From the NCBI GenBank assembly GCA_964016885.1, contig OZ024745.1, forward strand, positions 53,692,001 to 53,756,000: 64,000 nucleotides of DNA, in the 5' to 3' direction. The stretch is from Eledone cirrhosa. Lineage: Eukaryota. This document shows positions 16,093 through 26,463 of this stretch, in pieces (positions within the stretch are counted from its first letter, which is position 1; the number at the start of each line of letters is the position of its first letter). The notes beneath the pieces are model-generated. The model had not been told where the DNA came from, did no database searches, and worked only from the letters and a program-made list of their open reading frames with translations. A program made the translations under genes and the position numbers.

Positions 16093-17161
16093 CTAGCAGT
16101 AAAGCCCGGCGTTGCTCGGGGTCGCTCAGTAGCTGTGTTAAAGTTACAATGTTAAGTTTCTTTCTTGGCTTAAAAACTGTAGTGTCTACTGTGCAGACTT
16201 GCATGTGGTGTTTTTGATTAATATTCCCTCAACCAACAATATGCCTTATGAAGTTAAGAAAACATAACGATAACCCGAATGTTATAACAAAAGAGGATGC
16301 TGGGGATAGAAACTGCACTGGTTATTTATTAACAAAGATCGAAAATGTAAACACTGCAACGCAGAGAAAAACATTAGCGTAACCAAATTATCAGTTATGT
16401 CTGTCTGCACGCCTATATCACCTCTCTGCACGACTGTCTGTCTGCACGCCTATATCACCTCTCTGCACGACTGTCTGTCTGCACGCCTATATCACCTCTC
16501 TGCACGACTGTCTGTCTGCACGCCTATATCACCTCTCTGCACGACTGTCTGTCTGCACGCGTATATCACCTCTCTGCACGACTGTCTGTCTGCACGCCTA
16601 ACGACGAAATATTTGCTTGTTTTACGTAGTCTTTAAATAGACTTGTTTTCAAGTAAAAATATTGTTTTAAAATGCTTTTAAATGGAAATGAAGCAAAACG
16701 GAAGCTTAGTGTTCGAACTGATGAATTTTGCAGGTCAATATTTTGCTGGCTCGACAACTGTTCATAACTTCATAAGGCATATTGTTGGTTGAGGGAATAT
16801 TAATCAAAAACACCACATGCAAGTCTGCACAGTAGACACTACAGTTTTTAAGCCAAGAAAGAAACTTAACATTGTAACTTTAACACAGCTACTGAGCGAC
16901 CCCGAGCAACGCCGGGCTTTAGACGCTCAATGTAAACAGAACAAAGGGAAATAACTGATAACTTACGCTCAAAAATCGATACATTATATTCGATTTCGTC
17001 ACATAGGGTGGGTCAATTTGAAATATTTTTTTTCCGATGTCTTCGCTAGGGCTCAATGTACAAGTATAGCAATTTCGGTGCAATTCCGTGAGAGATTCTA
17101 AGAGGAGATGTGTGCCAAAAATCGATAGACAGACAGACAACCACAGTTTTATATATATAGA
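16093..17161 (-). mobile_element. Non-autonomous Helitron
   Basis: On the minus strand: 5' A|TCTATATATATAAAA..(TGTC)n; 3' hairpin CCCGAGCAACGCCGGG, then CTAG|T. Inserted at an A|T site with no TSD. Confidence 0.85.
16398..16598. repeat. 37-bp minisatellite, about 5.4 copies, inside the Helitron
   Basis: Unit tgtctgtctgcacgcctatatcacctctctgcacgac; copies nearly identical. Confidence 0.95.
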
Positions 17162-18642
17162 TTATATTATATTGTATTACTAGCGTAATACCCATGAAAT
17201 GGGGAGGTGCATAATTTAATTTAATAATTCCTTCAATACAATATTTTATGTGAAATCACTTGAATCCCCGAATTTTCTTTCACCTTCATAATTTTCACTC
17301 TACATTCTTCTCCTGTGATAGTCGAAGAAACGGAGATACTTTGATAAACGGAAGAAGAGAGGATCCTTAATAAATGAAAGGAAGATGTTGCGATAGAGAG
17401 AAGAAAGGAGCTACAGTAGTAGACTAATAGACAGAGGAAAAGAGAGATAAGTATACTGTATATGTTAAACAATGACGTAGCTAGTGAGGGAATAAAAGGG
17501 ATAACCACACCCCCTCAACAATATTCTCAAATGTGGCCCTTTTAGAACAACTGTTTAACTTTCATGTTCACATCTACGCTAAAAGTTGAGTATCATGGGG
17601 GTTTTTTTAATAGCTCATGACCTTGGAAGAACTTTTTCGACCAAGTGCTTTAAACTGTCTGTTTAGTTTCTTGTGGTGTGTACAATGGACGGGTATAGAT
17701 TATTTGAATTAGTTTTGTTCTTTATTGAAAGAGAGTTGACTATTGAAGTGAATTATAATAGAGTTTGAAATAACTTTGCTAGAATGAGGTCGAGACCAAA
17801 GAGTCTATTGTACTTATTACATACAGTTTTCGCAACACTTGGTTTTTATTTTACATTTAAAATTATAATAACTAAATAACATAGAATGTATGTAAACACA
17901 TTGAAACTGTTAGACACTATTCCGCCTAAATTTCTAGATTAGTCTACGTTGCCTAGCAGAATAAATAAAATGTCCTTATTCACTAAAAACTTACTCCAGA
18001 AAGTAGCAGCATTGTATCAATGTAGCAAAAATTGATGGCGATGTGACAGCTACCGTACTGAAACGAGCCAATTCGGTATTTGGTGAGAGAAGTAGGGTAG
18101 TCATTTTCGGCGAGAACTCTGGAATTTCACTGTGCTGGTATGTTTTTCGCTTCCTTCGCTGTATCTGTAGTGCATACGAGAGATCTAATTCTGTTCATAG
18201 GCCATTTCGGCTCTGTAGGGAAGGGGAGAATCAGGGTGCATAAGAATGTCACCACAAAGTCGAGGGAAAAGAATGTGGACAGTTTATGAATCAACGAAGC
18301 TACTATCATCAACCAAAGAAAAAAATAAACACAGATAAACAATAGACTAGAAGTGTACGAAGCAGATTGGCTACTGTAATGACTTCACGCATGCATATTT
18401 CAGATATGTAGACCAGTTAAGGAAGATCATACAGATCGTTTCTCATTTTTGTTTTGAACCGTTCCCCTTTCATATACTGTGTAAAATATTACTTTGTTTT
18501 GTTTTATTTGTCAACCTTTGCCGAAACGAATACTTATGGCTCTGTGATTTTCCACGTCTTCAGGCTTACACCCTGCATTTTATAACTTGCAGGATATCAC
18601 CTTGATAAAACATGAGTGGATATATCAACTTCTAATTGTTCT

Positions 18643-18682
<40 letters not shown>

Positions 18683-18807
18683 GATTCAGTAGATGTGTGG
18701 TTAACTGATGAAAGTACAAATCAATGTTAGCATTATGCTGAAGCAGAGTGTATATATTAAGGACAAGAAAACGAGGTTTCACACTGAGGTTTTTATTTAT
18801 TAGGCTC

Positions 18808-18884
18808 AGTTACGAACGTTTCACAGTTGAGTAGCTCAGAATCTATATTAGTCTTATAGACCTGGCCAATCTGCTCATCAGACT
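18808..18884 (-). ncRNA. Type-I hammerhead ribozyme motif with enlarged stem II
   Basis: agt-CTGATGA-GCAGaTTG...CAACTGT-GAAA-CGttCG-TA-act; GUA triplet; stem I only 3 bp. Confidence 0.65.
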
Positions 18885-18990
18885 TGTTAATCAAGCGAAA
18901 CCAGAGTTTTATTTCAAGATGAATCTGATTTTGCTTGATTAACAGGTGTGATGAGCAGATCAATAATCAATAAAAACATCAATGGGAAAC

Positions 18991-19031
<41 letters not shown>

Positions 19032-19727
19032 GAATAATCGAGTATCGAAAAATCGGCGCACGAGTTCACGAAAAACAAAATTCGAGATGAGCGGCAGAGG
19101 GCTCCATAATTCAAATAAATCAGAGCTATAACTATCGTTAAAATACCGTCACACGTAGAATATGTCTACAATCAACCAAACAACCGAAAAATTGCGATAT
19201 GGAAGATTCGGGACACTCAGATAAATTATCAATAAATCAATAAATCAAATGAATGTAAAAACCATACCCGGACCCACTAGAGAGATGGTATATCTAGCTT
19301 CTTGGGTTTCTGTAAATCCTTAAACCGTCCTCTATCAGCTCACATAAAAATATAAGACTTACAGACAACGGGGGACTGGAGTTACTTCTTCAACGAGCTT
19401 TAGTCCGAACGGATGAAAAGACAAAACCCAGGCTGAAAATACGCACATGGATTTCAGCAAGGGAGATAACCTTCATATCCGCAAAAAATATTCGGGAAAA
19501 TGTGGAATAACACATATCGAATAAGAGTGCTCAATAGACATGTTAAAATAAACAGGAGCTATTCATCATTTAATAGAATCGACAAAAAATGAACAATAAA
19601 ATTAACTGGTCAATAGCTAGGTCTAGAGCTAAATATAGTAGAATAATCGAGTATCGAAAAATCGGCGCACGAGACATATATAATATTCACAATATTAATA
19701 AATGGAAAATATCTTTAAAACCATATT

Positions 19728-19788
19728 TATTTTATTATACGTATTTCAAGGGTACTAACATTTTAGAACGCTTTCTTCAGATATAATA
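19728..19788 (-). ncRNA. Type-I hammerhead ribozyme, related pLTR family
   Basis: CTGAAGA-AAG...CTT-GAAA; palindromic stem III ATACGTAT; AUA triplet; stem I 7 of 8 pairs. Confidence 0.75.
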
Positions 19789-20244
19789 TTTGGTGTTAAG
19801 ATAGTGACATACCATTAAGATCACATGTTCATGTGATCTTAATGGTATAAGCCCACTGAAGGTAGTGATTCAAAAATTCAAATCCCATCGGATATATGTT
19901 AATGAGGATACGTTAAAACAGAAAAGAGCCGTTAAATTTAGACGCTTGATAAATTTTGATAAAAAACCTTGTTTATATTGTTTATGTGGTTGTTATTATA
20001 GGGTGAAAAGTTACTGTAGACTTAGTGTAGAATTAATTATAGATATATACTCACATAGATATATACATGAGATTGGAATGAATCACATAATTATACGTAT
20101 TTATTTTTTAGCATATATTCTAATTCTATGTTTACATGAGAAATGTAATGTATTGTAGTATATTATAAGCTATTACTATATATGGTTAATTAAAATAATA
20201 AATAACTATTCAATACATAAGTGATTATGCGTGAATATACATCG

Positions 20245-20294
<50 letters not shown>

Positions 20295-20332
20295 ATATTA
20301 ATAAATGGAAACTATATTTATAAAACCATATT

Positions 20333-20398
20333 TATTTTATTATATATATTTCAATGGCAACCAAGGCAAATTATGGTGCGCTTTCATCAGATAAAATA
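20333..20398 (-). ncRNA. Type-I hammerhead ribozyme, mirror copy
   Basis: Reverse complement of 20526-20591 with one extra mismatch in stem II. Confidence 0.8.
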
Positions 20399-20525
20399 CA
20401 GATTTGTTTTATAAATAAATATTGACATACCCGGAAAAAAGACAACCTTAACGGTTGGAGCTTCCTGGATAGTTAAGGTTGTCTTTTTTCCGGGTATGCC
20501 AATATTTATTTATAAAACAAATCTG

Positions 20526-20591
20526 TATTTTATCTGATGAAAGCGCACCATAATTTGCCTTGGTTGCCCTTGAAATATATATAATAAAATA
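20526..20591 (+). ncRNA. Type-I hammerhead ribozyme, intact core
   Basis: Stem I TATTTTAT/ATAAAATA; CTGATGA at 20534-20540; stem II AAG-c-GCA-CCA/TGG-t-TGC-c-CTT; GAAA at 20572-20575; palindromic stem III; AUA triplet with predicted cut after 20583. Confidence 0.85.
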
Positions 20592-20722
20592 AATATGGTT
20601 TTATAAATATAGTTTCCATTTATTAATATATTGTGTATTTACTCCACTAAACTGTTGAGTGCTTTATATCAGTTATAAACATTTTAAAGCTTATTGAATC
20701 CCAACAAATTAAATATAACCTC

Positions 20723-20795
<73 letters not shown>

Positions 20796-20803
20796 TGCCA
20801 ATA

Positions 20804-20875
<72 letters not shown>

Positions 20876-20982
20876 ATAATAATAAATTTGAAGACTAAAA
20901 TCCAAAGAGGGCTCGATAAGGATAAATATATATCAGATATATAAGAACCGTAGAGCAAATATTTATTAAAATAATAGATTAA

Positions 20983-21033
20983 AGTTTAAGCAAAGAATCA
21001 CTGCTTTCACCCTTAACGGGATCTTCTGAAACT
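20983..21033 (-). ncRNA. Variant hammerhead motif in the 3' pseudo-LTR of the full-length PLE; inverted copy at 24352-24401 on +
   Basis: AGTTT-CAGAAGA-tCCC-gttaa-GGGt-GAAA-GCAG..TTGC-TT-AAACT. All three stems form, but the core reads CAGAAGA. Confidence 0.55.
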
Positions 21034-21909
21034 AAAAAAGTCAATCTGTGAACGCAGGAGTAAATATTTCAAAAAACGTTGCAACCGAAGGAAGACAGGA
21101 AGACGATACTTTGGTTCGTGGAAACGTTCCCTGGCAAAGAACGGAAAAAACGAAGATAATACGTCATTATTTGGTGTGGTGAAAACAATTACACGCAAAG
21201 ACAAAACTACGTATAACTGAAGTCGTAGACTAAAATTCTATTTAGGAAACCGAATAACTCTCGGCTTCAGAGTTAAGAATAAAGTAAATTAAATACAGAG
21301 GTAATTGTAAAAAAAAATATATACATACACGTATCCATATACGTACATAGACAAGCATGCACGAAAACACTCGCCATAGGTATGCAAATACAAGCACGTA
21401 CACAAAAAAAAACACGCACGCACATACAGAACCCACACAACGCCTGTACCCGCACACATACGAACGTATACACCAAATACACATAATATATATAAAAATA
21501 TATATATATATGTGTGTGTGTGTGCGTGTATAAATTAAATAAACGTATATAAACACATAAATACGTATATAACGCGCGCACACACATACCTACATGTAAA
21601 TACACATATGTTCGCAGACGTACGTCAACCAAAACACAAAGTACACATATACACACACCTACATACGTACGAACCCGCATACTTACACAGACGTAAAACT
21701 CACGTATACACATAACCAAATGCACATGTACCAGTATATATAATATATACGCCATAACATATACAAGCAAATATACGTACGAGAAAGTTTACGTACCTTC
21801 ACAAAACATACAGGTAAAATATACTTACCTATACAAATAAGTAATGGTATAAACATAACATATACTTAGCTACCACATCAAGACGTAAAATATCCGCGTA
21901 TACTTCGTA

Positions 21910-24001
21910 CTATCCGTTAGGGTATAATGTGAGGCTGTAATACAAGAAAGTTTTGTGCAATTTATGTTTACAAGCCGAAATTGCCTCAGATTTTTTGTTT
22001 AAGATGTGGTCTTTGGCGTAGAGTATTTCCAGGGCTCAGCGGCGCAGGGGTCACATGGTCTTTTATTTCCGTTATATGATCTAGCCTTAGCTAGGACTCC
22101 CAGTGTAACTTATATTGGGTGTGGTTGTCTTTTAGACTCCAGATATAAGCTGAAAGTGATGTCATATTTCTTCTTAAAGGGTTAAGAAAAGAATGGGTAT
22201 GCATGTAAAGAAGCTGCTTGAATCTATTGGCGGTTAACCCTATGTAGGCCCTACGGGACGTGGGTGCTTCAACCTTACATTTGTAGACAATGTTACTAGA
22301 GAGGAATTTCCCGGATAGGGGGCAGTCAACCCGATTCCTACAATTACAGTTAGTACTAGCTACAGGGTTGCACGTGTTCCTACGGCTAGGTAATTTAGCT
22401 AAATTTGAAGCTGTGATGTTATGTGCAAGGTTAGGAGTCGTAGAGTAAGAAATGTTGATGGTATTTCTATTAAAATGTTACTATATTTATGTGCTGGGGG
22501 GAATGCTTCATAATAAGGGAGAGAAAGATCTTAGCTAATGGTGTGGCCACCTCCATATTATATGGTGGGTTATACCATATAATGCGTCGGGATCTATTTT
22601 TCCTAGGTCTATTCTCGTACTCTGTATATGCTACCTTATCGACAAATCCACTCCGAGCAAGAGCTTCATTGTACTACGTGGAATGGTCGTTGAAAATATG
22701 CTCGTTTGTAGATAGACGGGAAAGCCTCAAAGAAACGTTTCTTACCAGGTTCTTGGTTATGCTGGCAGGATGGTTAGAAAGCTTACTTATGTAATTAAGC
22801 GTATCATTCGGCTTTCTATAAGGGTAATGAAAGCCATTCGATAAATTGAGGGTAACGTCGAGGTAATTAACGACAGAGAGGTTGGCCTCAACCTGTATGG
22901 AGAGGTTGAAGCCTTTAAAGAAGGCTGTGAGTTCTTTTCTGAACCTGTCTCAAGCACGTGGGCCGCACTTTGTCATGGTCAAAAGACCGTTATCACGGTA
23001 CAAACCACCGCCCACGCTGGGGAATTCTTCCTTGATAGAGAAAAGAAGGAAAAGGCCGATAAGATCAGTAACCTCCGCAGCATACTCACATCGGATAGGG
23101 TACTATTAGATTTTTTTATCCAAATAAAGTCGTCAAAATTAATCACCGAGAGGATGACATCAACTTCGAAATCCTTAACCACTGTGAGTGTTTTAGCGAA
23201 ATTGATAGCTCTAAGGAGAAGTGGTAGTAATTATTGAGGAGTAGTAATTATTGATGTCGAATTGGATAAAACGGCAATGTTACTTATTGCATATTCCGTT
23301 GAACCAATCAATCACCGCGAAAGAATTGTTCCACAGCGCAAGAGGGGCCAAACTTCTAATTTCAGGTATAATTCTATATAAAATCCTTTTACTAAGTCTA
23401 CCTAAATCGGACTTCGTGGGGTTAATAAGCCGAATAAGGGGTTGTTCGGGAAATTGGATTTGTGATCCTTCAGAGTAAAGTGGGGAGAAATAGGGTCCAG
23501 AGGTTCAATCCGGTCCAGGATGTTGAGATCAGAGGTGATTTTAAACCCAGCATCGTTGATTTCATTAATGACACTCCGATTAGTTTTACGGTAATCCTTA
23601 GTTACGGCATTATGTAGCAGTTGATGGTAAGTACTGCGCTCCACTTGATATAGATTGCCAGTTTTGTCGGAGTGGACGTGCACGGCATTAGTATCCTTAA
23701 TAGAACGAATTCTATTCTTCAGATCCTGCTGGAAGGAATTGCTCCTATTCCGAAATTTGACACTCTGTATGAGTTCCAAGACATCATTTTCGAAGGGTAG
23801 CAATGCTGGGTTACTCAGAAGGTTATTATAGGTTTTAAACCCAAATTTATCTTGTTTGTTTCCCTGATTATCGAAATAAAAGGCACGCCAACGCAACCTT
23901 TTAATGAACGCGTCTGTTTTCTGTATCAGGAGTTTTGGGTATGTTTTCCTGCTTGGTACGGGTATGTTCTTTGTAGAAATATTCAGATGTTGTTTCTGCA
24001 T
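21910..24001 (-). pseudogene. PLE reverse transcriptase plus C-terminal GIY-YIG endonuclease, frameshifted
   Basis: Motifs in order: KNIPVPS, FIKRLRWRAFYF, SDKTGNLY, TLKDHK, LINPTKSDLG, FIQFDI, GLYRDNGL (catalytic DD changed to DN), VNYLDVTL, YPYRKPND, SNHP, IIWYNPPY, CNCRNRVDCPL, IVYKC..AYIGLT, LNKKSE..SACKH. Several frameshifts and stops. Confidence 0.9.
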
Positions 24002-24449
24002 GATGATTATAAGTCAATAATACAATTTACGTGGTTTTGTCTTTGCGTGTAATTGTTCTCACCGCTCCACATAATGACGTATTATCTTCGTTTCTTCCGT
24101 TCATTGGCAGAGAACGTCTCCATGAACCACCTAATAGAATATGAGTCTACGACTTTATTTATACCATAAACGTGGTTTTGTCTTTGCGTGTAATTGTTTT
24201 CACCGCACCAAATAATGACGTATTATCTCCGTTTTTTTTTCGTTCTTTGCCAGGGAACGTTTCCACGAACCAAAGTATCGTCTTCCTGTCTTCCTTCGGT
24301 TGCAACGTTTTTTGAAATATTTACTCCTGCGTTCACAGATTGACTTTTTTTAGTTTCAGAAGATCCCGTTAAGGGTGAAGCAGTGATTCTTTGCTTAAAC
24401 TTTAGTCTGTTATTTTAATAAATATATATATATACATATATATACATAC

Positions 24450-24514
<65 letters not shown>

Positions 24515-24529
24515 GATTTATGAATGAAC

Positions 24530-25725
24530 GTAAGGGAGATCATGTTCTTATAGATATGTATTTTTACATATATTTTAAGAATGTGAAACTAATTATATTT
24601 CTTAGGTAAAAATGTACAGTATTGTAGTATAATCTATTATTGTATATGGTTAGTAATATAATATCTAAATAAGTTGAAATATATCGTATATATGAATTGT
24701 GACTGTGTAAACAAAAAATGGGGATGTAACTCTAAATTAAGTATTTTAAGTAATGCGTTAAAGGTGTGCTTACGATAAGCATTTAATAATATATTGTTCA
24801 ATCTAATGTTTACCATAATTATTAATTATATTATAAGTAAATAATCTATACAAGATTTCAGAGCACCATATACTAAATATGGTTTTAATAATAGTTTTTT
24901 AATTTGTATAAGAAATGCTTCTATGTATTAGGTTTAAAAGTATTTGCATTTATATTGTAACTAGGCAACTTATATAGACCATAATATAGTAGGTTCTATA
25001 AATTATAAACAGTGTGAAATGTCTTGGAGAAATGATGCAAACAAGAATTAAATATTTCCTTTTTTTTTTTGTTAATAATATTACCAGGATTGGTAATTAT
25101 ATGAAAGATTTCTTCAATACAAATTTGACAAATTCGTGAGAATGACGAATTTTGGTAGACTGGCGCGTTCGTAATTTTTCTCCAAGAGATTGAATCATCG
25201 GTGTTATTGTCTTTTAAAGACCAAATTAGTTGTGATAGTGAAGTTGAGAATTTTTTATCTGATCGTTTAAAAGTATGTTTGTGATTATACCAACGCTCCT
25301 TAAATTTTGATGAAGTTACTCCTATATAGTTATACAGCTTATCCTTAGTTTTAATGGTGCATTTATATACTACATTTCTATCTAGGCAATTATTCTGAGT
25401 GGGCAGAAGATATTATTCCTGCAATTACATTTTCTTATATTGTTATTTGAAGGCACCGTATTATTATTCACGTACACGCTATTTTTAGTATTCCTAATGC
25501 TATTAATTATATTGTTATTATTATTTGGATTTACTTCAGTTTGGTTTAATTTTAAATTCCTATTATTAATTCTTGCTATATTCTGGGCTACATAGTTGTA
25601 GAGTAAGCGAGCTTATGTCTGTTTTAATATTGTTAATATTAATGATACTCCAGATAAATAGTGTAGAGTGCTTCTAATCTGTTGTAAAATTAACTTTGTT
25701 GAATAATCAACAAACCATATATCTC
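24530..25725 (-). mobile_element. 5'-truncated Hydra-type PLE (endonuclease and 3' region), different subfamily
   Basis: KCNCRNNIFCPL / NNCLDRNVVYKCTIK..YIGVTSSKFKERWYNHKHTF..STSLSQLIWSLKD / CQICIEE..NKK..EIFNSCLH. Bounded by (TA)n. Confidence 0.82.
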
Positions 25726-25727
25726 AT

Positions 25728-25814
<87 letters not shown>

Positions 25815-26463
25815 AAAAAGAAGCTGAAAATGCAATTGGAATCTTTAAGAAAGTTTATTTACAATAAATTATTACTTTACCGGTTTCACAATTTTCCTGA
25901 TTTGCAAAAGTTAAGAGAGATGGAATGATGTGTGGCTATGCCATCGTATAATTCGTATCTAGCTGGTGTTAAAAAGTTCTTTCAGTTTTATGCCAAAAAA
26001 AGGTGACTAAGATTGTTATAGGTTGAAGAAGATCACGTGATTAGGCATCGAATTTTGTGCCAAAAATCGGGAGTGTCATGGTTCTTTCAGTTTTATGCAA
26101 AAGGTGGCTTACACACATACATAAAAGATAATTACTTTTGAATTTGGGGGATTAGCACAAAGACAATACCAATTTCCCTTGACGAACATTCGTAAAATAG
26201 ATATGAATTGTCACTGTCCGTATTCACTAATCCATTCGACTTCGGTATATGAAATTATACATTAAACAGATAATGATCTTAGCCATATTTTACATAAAGA
26301 ACTTCCTAACACCAGTTAGATGCGAATTACACGACGGCATAGCCACACATCTTTCCATCTCTCTTAACCTTTGAAAATCATGAAAGTTTTGAAACCTGTA
26401 AAGTTATACGTTATTGAAAATAAACCTTCTTAAATACTCCAATTGCATTTTCAGCTGCGTTTT
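25815..26463. repeat. Diverged inverted repeat with ~168-bp arms (pseudo-LTR-like)
   Basis: 25815-25982 versus 26296-26463. Confidence 0.85.

Larger units (their letters stand above)
20958..24423 (-). mobile_element. Penelope-like retroelement, Hydra-clade type, near full length, degenerate, with inverted pseudo-LTRs
   Basis: Disrupted RT plus GIY-YIG reading frame inside. 20958-21231 is the reverse complement of about 24144-24423. (TA)n lies at the right end and close to the left end. Confidence 0.9.

Noticed and set aside
16397-16636. Repetitive Cys/His peptide ORF and CRISPR-like look of the 37-bp repeats
   Set aside because: Head-to-tail minisatellite with no spacers, inside a Helitron in a eukaryotic genome.
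17179-18640. Second Helitron-like element (ACTAG plus weak hairpin at 17179)
   Set aside because: Hairpin degenerate, 5' TC end not found, and RepHel similarity too weak to support.
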